The position numbers were made by a program, and so were the translations under genes. Source: Entomortierella parvispora E1425 (lineage: Eukaryota; Fungi; Mortierellomycota). From it: 64,000 nucleotides of DNA. The notes under the pieces are model-generated. The model was given only the letters and a program-made list of their open reading frames with translations, searched no databases and was not told the origin of the DNA. The stretch spans positions 2,232,001-2,296,000 of the forward strand of contig BQFW01000007.1 in NCBI GenBank assembly GCA_020891255.1, written 5' to 3'. Shown here piece by piece: positions 32,346 through 46,300 of this stretch (the stretch's first letter is position 1; the number at the start of each line of letters is the position of its first letter).

Positions 32346-35300
32346 CTAGCGATAGTGCACTGGGCACGCTTTACCATGTTGCAACCAGCTGTGTATGCAG
32401 TGACGATGGTATGTGCACAAGCAGTTCAGACGCGCCACTGTACGACCTATTCAGACGCAGGCGTTAGAAAATGATGAAAGTAAAAGCAAAACAAAGCTGT
32501 TGTGGCATCTCTTTTCTTTTCTTACCTGCAACAAACTCTTCAAAGCAGATCGCACATTCTTGGTCAATCAGAGGAGAATCCGCAGGGAGTTTGTAAACTA
32601 ATAAAGCAAAGGAAAAAGAGAGGAGTTTGTTAGAGGTTGCAACAAGAAAGCAAGAAAAAAAAAAAAAGAAAAAAAAAAGAAAAAAGACATTTGCTCTTTG
32701 AGGGAGGCCTCGTCAAGACATTACCAATATATCGGACATTGTTGATGGGTCCACTGCCCTGACCAGGTTTTCCTTCAAGACAGTCTTGAACGTGAGCCTC
32801 TTGTGCAGCCTTTCCACCCTCCATTCCCGCTAAAACAGCCCCACACACAGGGCATTCGGCCATCAACGAGCTCGAACTGGCGTTTCGAACCATCGGGGAT
32901 GGATGGAGATTGGACGAGCTAGAACTCCTGGACGACGAATGCGATTGGAACTCCTGGCTATACCCGCCACTCTGAAGATAGACGCCCATAGACCCATCCA
33001 TGTTGTGACCGCTGGGGGCTGAGGACGCATGTCCACCTCCGTATTGCTGAGAAGTATGACCACGGTGAGATCGGTGGTGTTGTATCTGAGTGCTGGAGGA
33101 GGCGGATTGGGCGGCAGCAGACGAACTGCCGGACGTAGAGCCAAGGCTGTTTGATCGTGCTGGTCCAAGATGTCCGTAGCAGGAGTCACACACTCGGTAA
33201 CTTTGAAGAGTCCCGCGCCTGCTCAAAGTTTGGTGGTTAATATAGGCATCACTGGAGGTGGGGTCATACACAACCATGGAAGGATGAAGTGTGGCCCGAT
33301 GACTGGAGCATCGATCACAGACAACGTGTCCACAGCGACGACAATGATGCCTCCTGAGCCAAAGAGAGAATTTGCGGTGACATTCTCGGCATTCGATTGC
33401 CTTGTGGTCCTGTTCCCATCGTGCGTCCGCCAATGGTCCCAGTTGATGGTGTTGGTTTGAGCTGGATTGCATCGATTGCGCCCTGTTCGAGAATCCTCTA
33501 TCCTGCGCGGGTGGTATATTGTTTGTGGAGGAAGGTTGTTGCTGGAATGTGGGTACTTGAGATTCCACTGGTGAACTCGAAAACCTTGCGTCAGCACGCC
33601 CTTGCAAGGCAGGTGCTCGTACAGCATCCGTTGAGGATCCATTTGTGTTGTTTGAATAAGACTGACTCGGCTGAGCGTCAACAGTCATCTGGGCAGAAAA
33701 TTCGGTCTCAGCCGGCTGTGCAACCTGCGCTTCTACTCTTTGCGATGCAGTGTTGGTAGGTGGAGATCTAGAAATCCTCGAGAGTCGAGCCAGAGGGAAT
33801 GGATCCGCTTGCGCCCCTGCTGGCGAGGCACTGATCACTGCAACTTCTGGAGCTCCTTGGGAAGTGGAAGGGATGGGTATATTGGCTGATTCTCCATGCT
33901 CTCCTGATGCTTCCGGTGCCTCCACTTCTTCCGTAGGAGCCAGTTCGAGACCCGACATAGGAGCACTCAAGTCACTGTGGTCCGCAGTATCTTGGGTCCC
34001 GATGTCTTGAAGCTCCTCCCCTACTGGCGCCACAGAATCCTGTAGTTCTGCTTCATGAGATTCTTCTGGCAGGGGATGATCTGCAATGTCAGCGGTGGCG
34101 GGGCTCACTTCCTCTGTTTCGCCCTCCACCTCCACTCCCGCATCAATGTTGTTTTGTGCGCTAGCCAAGTTCCCTTCGCTAGAAGCCTCGTTTGTTCCCG
34201 CCTCGTGCGCCAAGGTAACATTCATGCCCTCATTGGTGTCGACGTCTGACGGCCTCGACTTTTGCAATGTTAAGCTGCGCAGTTCGCTAGAAGATCCCGA
34301 GGAGCCTTGCGGAGAAGGCGAAGCAGCTTTCAAGCGAGGAATATCCAGTTGGTCAGTGTCCTCCAGCAACGATGATTGAAGTCGAATAGACTCTGTAAGC
34401 TTCTCTGCGTGTTCCAGGTAGTCGTTGACAAGGGCAGTGGCTGCTGTTTTGGATGCCGGATCCTTGTCGACTAAGTCGCCATAATGCAAGCGTACATATT
34501 AGAGTCTGTAATATCAGCGAAAGCCAGTGATGGGTCCACGGTACTCACCCTTGATGCCCCTCAACAAAATCTGGATTGCCTGGCGATAGCGCGCAAGCTC
34601 CTGCTCCCGATCCGCGAACAGGTCTTCAGGCCTCAAGGCCAAGTTTGAACGTTTCATATAATTTCCGGCAAGTTCTTGCAAATCTTCGCTAGAGAAAGCA
34701 TCTTCCTCAGAAGGAGAAATCATATCCATTCTGCGCTTCATGACCCTGATCCATTTCCTGCGTCGAACCCAATTGCCACCCGAGCTAGGTGCAACAGAGG
34801 TCCACAGCTGGGTAGAATCCGTGAACGATTTTCCATACTGCCAGCCTTCAGAGTCCACATTAGGATCTGCGAGGTCAATGACCCATTCCGTAAGCCAGAA
34901 CCATCCTCGTTGCATGTTTGATCTCGAGCTGAATTGTCCCTGAACAGGCACTAGGGGCAAATGGACGTCTTCCTTGGTGGATGGACGTCCGTTCGGCAGA
35001 GACCAAGGCCCACCAATATCCTGCTGTGTCAAGGCATTTGCAGAGAACTTTGGGGCCATGAGTGATAAAGGGAAAGATCCTGTAGCCCTCTGATTTTCAT
35101 ATACGGCCATGAGCACAGTGTTGTGGAAGCTGAGGGGATCAAAGATTTGATCTGGAGTATGCTCGGCTATCGCAGCGAAAAGTAGAATCGAAAGAACCGT
35201 GAGAAAAATACAAAATTGAGAGACCTGGCTTAATTCACTTCAAATTTACCTTTCCACCATTGTCGTTCGCTACTCTGCAGTATATCACAAAGGTGCGCTA

Positions 35301-36435
35301 CGCTGTTAGCAGCAGCGACGTCATAGGCTGCTTCAGCAAACGAGTTCTTTAGGAGTGGGTTGGCTCTGGCATGGTTCAAAAAGTAAAGCGACATGTCAAT
35401 ATCGCCTTTCGAGGCAGCGTTGACTATTTTTGAAAAATGTTGGAAGGAGCAAAGGTTATTTTTGTGAGTTAGTTTGGGATGTGAGCAACAGCAAAGAAGA
35501 GCAGGCGATGGCATCTTCTTGCACAACACTGCATCAGCTGTGCACCATACTCAGAGGTGTATGCCCCATCTTGCTCCGGGCATTAATGTCGGCTTCTCCT
35601 TTCTCGAGTAGGACCTGAGCAATGTCGACGTATCCTCTTGAGCTGGCATTATGAAGTGCTGTCCATCCGTCTTTATCCCGTTGGTGTACATTTGCGCCTC
35701 TTTTCAGTAGAAAACACACAATGGAAAACCACCCTGAGTAGGACGCTTTTAGAAGAGCAGTCTAGAGGACAGGTTTGAACAGTAAAGAAATGAGTGCCTG
35801 TCTTCTCTCGAGGGACTATAGTGCATCTCGTTTTGCTGTTCTCGAGTAGATCAGTCCAAGGTATCAAATTGTGTGTCAGCAATTACCTCTCCTTCGCGAT
35901 CTTGCACATCCACTCCTGCCCCTGCCTGGTCAATCATAATCCTGACGATCTCTTCATGTCCACGAGAGGCCGCAAAGTGTAGAGGATTCATGCCCGTTGC
36001 AGACGAGAGGTTGTCGATTGATTCTCGGAGTTCAGGGGCCATGACAAGGATTTCTTGCACTTGGCCTGCATTGCCACTGACAGTGGCCTCGAGCAGTCTG
36101 GACCACGAGGTGTCTTCCGAGGAGCCTTCCGAGACATTTGCTCCTGCGACAATAGAAGCCCCTGAGTTGTGTTGGTGTCCAGATTCGTTCCCTGTAGGGT
36201 CAGCTGTGTCGAAGGGGTGAGCGCTGCTATGGCTGCTGTGGGCTCCGTTATCGTCCTGTGGAGTGAGGGGATCCGAGGAATTCCCAGTTCTGGTTCTCGG
36301 TTGTTCAAGAATGGCTGCAGGTGGCAGTTTAATGGTGTCCAGGTGCGAGTCTCCGTAAAGGTCGTGACTTTCGCCTGGGACAGGAGGGTGTACAAAGTCT
36401 GGAATGGCGCCAGGGGATACAACCGCAGCAATCAT
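32346..36435 (-). CDS. Pib1-like FYVE-RING E3 ligase with N-terminal ankyrin repeats, DysF/Pex24-like and MIT-like domains; ~7 exons
   Basis: Ankyrin TPLH-type repeats (GMNPLHFAASRGH, GETALLKAS, GWTALHNASSRG, GHTPLINAASKG); DysF signature (GWFWLTEWVID...EGWQYG...WVRRRKWIR); MIT-like YRQAIQILLRGIK...YLEHAEKL; canonical FYVE (WEQD, RRHHCR, RVC); CPVC...H..C; two extra 3' exons give RING CAIC...CLCTYHRHC...CPVH. ATG at 36435 is probable, not certain. Confidence 0.85.
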
Positions 36436-37346
36436 GGCCTGTATGTTATGGGTGACTTGACAAGGCAAAGCAGAGTAAATGAGGTTGCTGTGGGTATAGT
36501 GTGGGAGACTAGAAGAATGGTTAGCACTGGATGCTGCGGGATGGATGGAAGTGTAGAGCAGAAGCCCCACTGTGCAGTACCTGTTGTTTCAGGGAATGGT
36601 CAAAACTGATGGAATGCAATGCAAATGAGAGTGGAATGAGGGGAGAGAGGGGTGATGTGCAAGAGCAAGCGGAGGTGTAGGCGGAGAGAGAGAAGAGAGA
36701 GAGATGATGGAGAAGGAGAAAAGAAAAAAGAGTGAAGGATTGCATTAATGCATGCATGGCATGTGCCACGACTTGAATGCATTGTGCGTTTTTTTGCCAG
36801 ATTTTTACACGTGACATGATTGGATACCTCGGTTAAATATTAAAAATATCCAGAATAAAAAGAGCGGCTGTACCCGGGAAAAGGCCGAAAGGGGAGGACC
36901 CCTCGCTGGGTGTGCACATGGTGCAAAGAGACATGCCTTTGTTTCTGCTCATAATTCATTTCTCCATCCGCCCCTTCCCTCCTTCTCTCCCGCCCACCGT
37001 CTCATTTCTCCCTTCCACCGTCTCTCTCCCTCTCATCCATCCAAACAAAGCCTGCCCAGGACAGGACAACGTTTCTCAAAGGTCAAAAGCGCATCGTTAT
37101 TCCACCTTCTCGATTCGCCCAACCGTCCTGAAGGAGGCCTTTCGGGCTTGTCGGCATCCCATCCTATTCCGCCATCGCGCCCTGCGTACCATGCACCTGA
37201 GGTCGCATCCTTCTACCTCCACCTACATCAATTATTTTCTCTCTTTGGCCCCACAACCTTGTTAATAAGCCTTTCACCCCGCCACTTTTCGACTGTGCAC
37301 TGAGACACGATCACGCCCAAAAAACCAACCTTACTGATCTCTGCCC

Positions 37347-40300
37347 ATGGCTGTCATTCCGGAGGACCAACCTGGACCCAACGTCCTTCGCCACCCCAAT
37401 GACAATGGCATCCATGGTACAGATGCAAATAGCCATATCACAGCTCCTGCAGCCAACACGGCCGTGTTTGAGACTCTCCAGCCTGAAGGTGGTGATCAGC
37501 CCAAGGAGCCCCTGCTCCACCAAAATCCAACGACTGCAAATCTTTCTTCTCGGCCAGCAGAAAGGAACTGGGCCCGTGTTCGCCAAAAAGTCATCGGTGT
37601 CGACAACCCTCAGTTGAAAGAGTCCGAGTCGATCACGGCGGAAAATCCAATCCCGCTGTCAATGATACAAAAGCAGCAGCCACCACTAGCATCACTTCAA
37701 GGACAAACCAATGCAGCGAACGAGCTGCCCAAAGTGTATCCAGTCATGGAAGGAACGGGCCCTGTTTCTACGGGACTGCGAGGAGTGCTTGGATTTAGGA
37801 CCGTTGTTGTTCAAAGGACCCAGCTTCGGAAAATGGAAAAGGAGATCGAGAAGGCCCTTGCACGACGCCAGAACGATCAACTTCAGCCGCGGATGCGAAC
37901 TGCAGCAAGGATCGGAACAGGCACTCGTGGAATAATTCCTGGAGCTTCATACAATCTAATGTCGATCCCGGATCCAGTTGCAGTAGATCGCAGCTTTTTG
38001 GATGATCTGTCCGATACCTTAACGCGCTGGAGGACCTTGACCGTCGAAGTACCATGCAAGAGCGAGCTTCTTCGTACATTTTCAAAAATGCTTTTAGCAG
38101 ACAGACCTGAACCACTCTCCAGTAAGTGCATTTGAGGATTATCTGCTACTGTGCTCCGAATGCATGCGAGGAATCAGTAACTAATAGATCGTCATTCTTG
38201 CCTTTCATCCAGGGGCGGATTCCTTGGCCGTTTTGAACGTTTTTGATCAGATGCGACAAATGTATCCGCTGCAAAGTGATCAAGAGGACATGCAGGACAT
38301 CCTTTGGTGTATTAATTTGCTCTCTCCAAAATACTCTTGCAAAAAGGTACCTGGCCGAGCCCTTGATCCTTGAATATGTACTGTTACCAAGGGATAGTCT
38401 TAACACGTTCTTCTTCAATCAGGATCGGGTCGTGGCAACCATTCAGGAGCTTCTTAGTCAAAATATTTTCGCAGCCACAACACCCTTATCGCCGCGCAAT
38501 ATTCATGCGCTGTTGTCATCCCTGGTGCACTTGCTCTATGAGCAGTCAAGGTCAACACGAAAGGAGCCGCAACTACAGTTGCTGGCTACAGAAGTTATGG
38601 AGCGCATCAGGATAGGGGATCTGGGTCTTGGAAGGGAGCCACTGAAGAATGAAGAAGAGCAAACACTCGCAGCTCAGGTGGCATTCCTACGAGGACTGAT
38701 AGAATGTCTCCGTTCAAGAGATCATAATGTGGTGCATTTTGTTCTTCACGAGCTCATTCCGGTACAGCAACTACTTTTTGTCGACTTTTTGTTCATTTTG
38801 GACATGAAGAACAGCGGCCTAACAGCCCCTTTTCCATCTTCTATTTAGAACTATTGGGTAGAGCCCAGCCCCAAATTTCCTTTGGCAATGGATGGACCTA
38901 TTTCTGTTTTTGGACAGGTGGCGAGCGAGTTTATCCTTGATGCACCGACAGCTTACGCCGACGGGACTGAGCTCACAAAATCCTTAATTCTCGACATGAT
39001 CATATTCCTCCAGGAGTTTGTACCACCAGCCGGTCTGAGTGGTATTATTTCCAAGGAGACCGTACTGGCGGTAGCACGATTCATCCTTGTGGTCTTTTCA
39101 ATAGAGTTCCTGGAGACTCCAGAACTAACCCCAGTCCCCAACACCGACCAAAAGGAGGATGAAGTGAGCCCTAGAGTATCCATATCGACGGAAACGGATC
39201 AGGGGCATTTTCCAAGGACACCACCCAGGTCTCCATTGAGCCCTAAAGTTAACGGAGAAAATTTTCAAATGCACAACTTTCCCGAGAGCGCGAAAGACCC
39301 AGCAGTAAATGAGCAGTCTATCCCTGTGGTGCGACAAGCAAGGGATTACTTTGATGGCCTTTGGACGAGTGGATACCGTGGCATCGTCACTGAGCAGTTG
39401 AAAATCGAGGTACGCCACCAAGTCTTTGTTTGAATGTCCTGTACTGCCTGTGGATACCATCTAACGGGTGATTGCATGTTTTAGGCCGAGAATATTTCGT
39501 TTGCGCGTCTTGTCAATCTATACCATCGTGTAATTTTAGGATCTACACCTGCCATGGGTACTGAAATTTTGGCCGTAACTCTCAACACCTTTTTCAGTGT
39601 AAGTGTATCATATGGCCCAGTCAGTATTGATGAACAAACAGCTATTGACGAGGCTTCGTTCGCAAATGTGAATAGAAACTTGTGGCTCACCAACCATGCC
39701 CCAACGAGAGACTATCAAGGCTGCTGATTCAACTATCAACACAGCACCGTGCCGTATTCTTCAAGCCAATGGTGGCGTGCGTTGCCTCAGATTCGACACA
39801 GTTTGTAACCGATTATTTGTGTATTCTGTCCTGTCTGGAAACTCATATGGGACTGGTAGATTTGTATATGAGGGATGCTGATCTTATCAGCGTGATTATG
39901 ATGACGGACGTTGGCCCCGAGCGACCTCGACAAGACTCTCAACCTCAAGCGCTGAAATGGGGGTCCTGCACCGTTGGCCAATGCGTCATTGTGCTCGAAT
40001 TCATCTATGCGATCAAGAGACTGGCCAGGAGCGACGACAACCACGAGGTGGAGGTCGGCAAGATGTTTCTCATTGATCTGGAGCGAAAGCTTGGCCTGTA
40101 TCTGACAGCAAAGGTAACCATTGACCATTGTAGCTGAGATTCTTGATGCTAATGTATACAGGATTAACAAATAGTATCATTTGTTCTTGGATATAGGAAA
40201 AAACAATCTTGGTGCCACGACCTATCCGTGTGATGTTATGTCTAGTTTTCTACGAAATCAGGATGCTTTGCAAAACCATTCATAGGTAAGTTTTTATGGC

Positions 40301-43300
40301 GACAACGACACAGACCAAGAAGCTACTTTCCATACGAGTACTAAGTCTTCTCATTTGAAATAACCACGTAGACCTGGATGGTTACCACGGATTTTGGACT
40401 GGGCTACCAACCACAATGTACCGTCAGAATCTGCAGGATATCAAGGAAGTTCATTCGGAATATCAGACACGATGCGCCTTCGTATCAAGCATATCTATAG
40501 CAGCGTGGATAGTCTAGTAGGAGAGGTAAAGCAACATTCCACACTTTTGCTTGACAGACACTGTGGACTCGAGTCTATTAATTCTAATCGACTGATGTTG
40601 GTTGCTACTAGCGTAAAGATCTGTATTCTCTTCATATAACTGCAAGCAGCGCCCAGCCAACCAGGAATAGCTCAGGAGTGTCCCGGAAAAGGACAAATAC
40701 TCAAGTGCACGGAGGTTCTCAGCCACTAGGAGAACCATCAAGCAAAAAGTGCTATATTCAACCCAAGCGGACAAGTCGTCTCTCGGACACTCGCTTGGAT
40801 GAGACTATAGCTGTTCTCACCTTGTTAATCACAGTTCATTCAGCGATCCACGCGGACGAGTATCTGCGACTGATGGACCCTTTATGGAATCTCTACATCC
40901 TCGAATGCCGGCCCAAGATAGCAGCCTCTGCCGCCTTTCTCTTTGTCAGATGCGCCGATATCAGCCCAAAAACAATCCACAGCCTTATTTCTCGTGATCT
41001 TTTCAGGTACCAACTTTGATATTTACAATTTACAATGACCGTGGCATTTTTAATCATGTACTGACTGGTTCTTCGTTCTTCTTGACAAATAGCGATGATC
41101 CACTCAAGAGGTTGTCTGCCGTAGAACGGTTGAATGTGCTCTTTGAACATCGAAATGTCCTTCTCTCGCAGCCATATGTTATTGACCCATCGTCACGGGG
41201 ACCGTTCCGGCACGCGACTGTCCAGGTGCCTTTTGTGAGCTCTGAGGTTGGCAGCAATCGTTACACTATGGATGAGCCTCGATGGCTCACAGAGTTGAAA
41301 AATGCTGGCAACTTTCCTGAAGATATCCGCATTCGACTTCAAGAATTGGGATGGGGAGAACGGGACCAACAGGAGATGGAAATCACACGACGAGCACAAA
41401 CCCCGTTGGTTCTTTCATGGACAGGATACCTGGACGAAGATTACGAAAACAAGGCAAACTTTGGAAAAACATACACTCTCCTGCCCAGGGATCGACATGC
41501 CACAGTTTTGATCCCAGTCTTGAATGCCCTCAACCTTGGCACCATCGACCTTTTCGATGACAAAGCAATTGGAGTTCGAGCAGCGGCCAGTGACTTTTTA
41601 TGGAACTACATTCGTAACGAGCCCGTCCTTTTTGTTCGGTCATTTTTCGCCGAAATTGTTCAAGCTAGGCCAGATCGACAAAAAGAGCTCATCACCAGAC
41701 TGCACTCTCTTATCACTGGGACTTCAAAGTTGCCTCCTGCCTTTGCATTCGCCCTGTTCAATCACCTTCTTGGGCTCCTCAAATGGTACCAGAGAAACTC
41801 GAAGCCTCTCGGCATTGAGATATTGTCAACCGTACTTCCATTGCTTGCCGACGTTGTCTCGTCTACCAACGACATCGTGTACAAGGATTTCAAGAGGAAC
41901 AAAGTCGATGTGTTTTTTGCCAACCTTGGCAGGTTTTGGTTCAAGCCTAACGTCATCCCGGAATCAATGTTTCCGAATCGACTTACTGATCACGGTCATC
42001 CTCTGCCGCGTCTTCACGTTCCTCACCAACTGTTCCAAATGACGATTGTGAGCATCAATCAAATCCAGTTCTTGACCAGTTTCCTAGTCCGGTTTCCCTT
42101 GGAAACTCCTGATATCAAGGGCAATATTGGCCGATACAGTAGGATGCCTCAACTAAGCTTTAATGGAACGGCTGCTGCTGCCAAGCTCGAGGATAACCAG
42201 TACCTTCCGGATGTCTCCAAGGAGGAAATACGCTTTGTCACCCCTGGATCTCTCCTAGAGCACAGTATGGTTTCACTGTCATCCCTTCGTTCCCGAGCAT
42301 GGCTGAGCTTCGTCCTCAATCTCATCCAACGCCTGGAAAAGGAAGATGTGGAAAGATTAGAGATGATGAACATCTTCAGCGGAGTCAGTGCGATCTTGCA
42401 AGATCATGGTGACGATCTCGGAATTGTTGGGCAAGCACTGGATATCTACGTGACGGCTGCGACCCGCTTGCGACGGTTCTTTGCATCCCAAAATGGTTAT
42501 GGCCTCATATTCCCAGCCCTGTTCAAGATCTACTGTGATTCTGGAACAATTCGGGTGGTCCGAGAGACGATCGACGCGGCGTATTACCGGTTCTATATGC
42601 TTCACCAAGAGGCTTTTGTTCTCCAAAGTCTGGGTGCCATTGTTCCCCTGATGCTGCGATCTATGACCAGCGGGCAATCAGAGATTATGACGCGCAAGCT
42701 CTTTTGCTTCTTGGAGGCCCTCGATCAGCCAACAACAACCTTCCACTCCAAGTCTTTGGGGGTCCAGTCATTGTCAGAGCCTTTCTACGAGAGCAGTCCT
42801 TACGGTGGCCCTCAGCTCGAGATACCCCAATGGATAGCATCTCTTATCTCCAAGGATTCAAAAGTGTTCCAAAGCAGCAACCTCCTCCAGAAGCTGGAGT
42901 TCAGTTTGGCCGACTCTATCAAACTGTTTCTTGCAGTCGTTGCGTACGATCCAGGGTCATTGCGGTCAGAGCAGTTTGTCAGGGTATTCAAGGGTATCCT
43001 TCCTCATTTCCTGGACAGAGAGCCATTCTTGACAACTTCAGCTCTGGACAGTCTCATTGAAGTGTTTGCCAGGTTTTCGCGCTCATCAAAGCCACTGGTA
43101 CCGTCTGCGTTTGTTGCCCCTCCTGTAGCACCAAGACAAATCCCTGACACGGAGGTCTCAAGGTGTGACCTGAGCCGATACACAGTCTTTCCTAGCCCTC
43201 AATCCAAGAACCAGGCCATCAAGGGCAAGACATGGGCGCAAAATGATCGTGTTGCGATAAAGCACGAGTTCATATGCCTCATCCAACACTTTTGCGATCT

Positions 43301-46300
43301 GGGAGGACAGCTAGCTGATAGTCAGCATCAACAAATGGGTGCGCTCGTAAAATCTCTTGTGAAGGACTACTCAATCTTGAAAATTCCTTGCACCACGGAG
43401 TGGGTGCACGACTATATCAAGAGCGTCATCATCCCTGTCAAGGATGCGTACCTAGGCAGTCGTGCCGCCCTGTACTTGGTGGCTCAATTCTCGACTGTCA
43501 TTCGGACTCATTACAAGTTTGTCGATTTTTCGGGATTCTTTGACGGCCTGCTGCTCATAGCCAAGGATGACCGCCTGTACCTCCGCAACTATGCAGATCT
43601 ATGCAACATCATGAAGGAAAAAATCGTCAGTCCGTCTCTGGCATGCGGCGTCAAGGACGAATGGGCTAATGAAAGCCCCTACATTTCCCAGGCAAGGTTC
43701 TGTGGTAGCTTGGTTGGTCTCCTACTCGCCATGATCAACAATGCAGATACGGATATGATTTCCGAGCTCGAACAAGCAGCACCAACACCCAGGATGATGG
43801 CGTACATTGTCATTCCGTTGTGTCTTCGTTTTGAGAGTAGATTTCGCTCCAATTGCCTCGATATTCTGGAGATGCAATTTTGGCTTCGAATGCTCGGCTT
43901 GACGGTCAAGGCTGCTGAGTATGACCCAGCGTCCAAAAGATCCTCACGGTCAGCCGGGCTCTTTGCTCCAGTGTTCCACGCTGCTCGGGCAACAAGAAAG
44001 CAAGTTAGTACTGAAGTGATCGCACCCATGTCACCACAGGGCCATAATACTCCTCTTGCAGGCCTGGTGACACCACAGGTGCCTACAACTCCTCATACCC
44101 CTGGTCACTTTAGGCTTCCCACCTTTAACCACAGAGACGAGCAGATGGACGGTGCCCAGGTTCAGAAGCAGTCAGAGCCAACTATGAATGCTTCTCCAGG
44201 GCTTCTCATTGACTTTATTGCGTTACGAATTATCATGGTTCGAGGTGAGCGGTATCTATCGTACCATCCTGGATGTTGGCTGGATATTTTCAACATTGTT
44301 AAGAAGTATTTTTCGGCACATGCTTTTACGGCCAGCTCCTTCTCTGGGTCCAACGCTCATGGTAACGCTCTCAGTCAGCAGAGCAGCTCTCATGGTTCGG
44401 GACCACCCTCACCAAATCCTGGCATGTCCTATCCGACAACCCCTCGAGCAGACGGCCCATTGACGCCTCAACCAAGGACGATGGGTGGATTATCCTCACC
44501 ACTCCCACTTTTGTCTCGATACTCTGGTGAAATGACCCCAGGGCTTCATTCATCTCAGAATCAGGAGTCAGTTCCGATAACAGCTCTTGGGTACATTCTT
44601 TGGTCCTTTGCAGAGACTATCCTATTCAACCGACTTCCACTCATGATAATGATGAGGCCATACTTGATGGATCAGCTGCGACAGGTCGATCGGTTGCAGT
44701 TTGGGCCAGGATCTGGAAATCCGTTCCGTTCATTCTCCGCGTCCGGTCCAAATTCGCCCGCGTTCTTTTGGCCGTCGCCTGCTTTTGGACCCTCCTCAAT
44801 GGGTGCTGGATCGTCACCTGCCACATCTCCTGTGCAGCCCAGGAATGATGGTGCTACTAGCCCCTCGATATCTGGCTCAAGCACATCAGCGCCCAATAAG
44901 GAGCAGAGAAAAGACCGACGGAAACAGTGGAAGAGCTGGAGTCAACCGTTGCATTCCATGAATGCGTTCACTGAGCTTGAAAAGCCGCTTCAAGGTCTAG
45001 GCAGCCCCATGGCGCCAAACTTGGTCACTGTCGCCCAGCAACGTCAACGAAGCTTCATGTCGGCCTCGGACCATGGAGGGAATGTTACGTCGACTCCTCG
45101 GATTTCGGTCCAAAACTCAAAGCATCACCACCGGAGCAACCGTTCTGAATCAAAAGCCGCCATTGCTTTGCCAAGGGTCCTGGTCGTACGCGCCAATAGG
45201 TGTATGGAGCACGTCAGCATGATGTTGAACCAATCTTCGGACGGTCTGACCGCTTTCTCGGAGTTCGGTGTCCCCATGTATCCTGAGAAGCGTGGCTCTT
45301 TCCCAGGGTCTTCAAGACCGACCACACTCCAGTCTGACAAGGGTGATTCATCCCAATCATTGAATCTCGATCAGCTTCATGGACCTGAGCAGCAACAGTT
45401 TCTTCAACCAGGGAAATATGAAAGGCAGCCGTCGAGTCCTGGCTTTGGCTCCATGTTTTTGGCTAGAGAGGCGGCTATTCGGTCACCCTCTGGAATAGAC
45501 AACTTTACCAGTCGTTCACAGAATTTTGGCCAATTGCAGGTTCCCAGCCCACTGTCTGAAAAACACACCCCTCGACCCGGCGTGAGCTCGGACGAAAGTA
45601 GCCAATCTGGCTCGGAGAGAGGAGGAGCTGAAGCTACGGAGCCGGCCTTTGCGATTGGAAGTCCAAGGCAGAATGCTCAAAAGCCGGAGGAATCGCAGTC
45701 CGGACCTACTACCCTTTCACCGACGTCGGCCAATGCTCCAGCCAAAACCCGAAGCATCCTCAAGCCCAGGATTATCACGACCTCGCCGCCAAAGCTTGAA
45801 TCCAGTCATCATTTCGGATCTCTTGGTGATGCTGTCCAAACGCCACTCACCCAACAGACGAAGGAGTTGCCGCCGTGGCAACGACCACTCGAAAAGACAA
45901 ACAGTCGCCAAACGGACGATGGCGTGAGCATCATTAGTGGGGGGATGGTTCAAGATAGACGTCCAAGCATCTCTTCGCAGGAAAAGGCCGACTACAAGGT
46001 GGCATGTCTGAAGGCCAGGACAAAGATCTTTTTGGAAAACATTGAAGAAGAGACGCGGGTTGTGTTAGCTTGCTTCCCAGCAGTGTTCTCAATCGGTGCC
46101 AAACCCCCGGCAATCTCGGCCATAGCCACTGCTGCCATCTCTGCCAGTCCGTTAATGCTACCTACCCAGGAAGGCTCTACAATGGCAGGAAAGAACGCTG
46201 GAGTGCCATCTTCTCTTCCTAGAGTATCGATCCAATCCAATGAGCAAGCTCGAAATAGCTCTTCGAACCTGTCTGTACCAATGATGAAGACACCGTCCAT

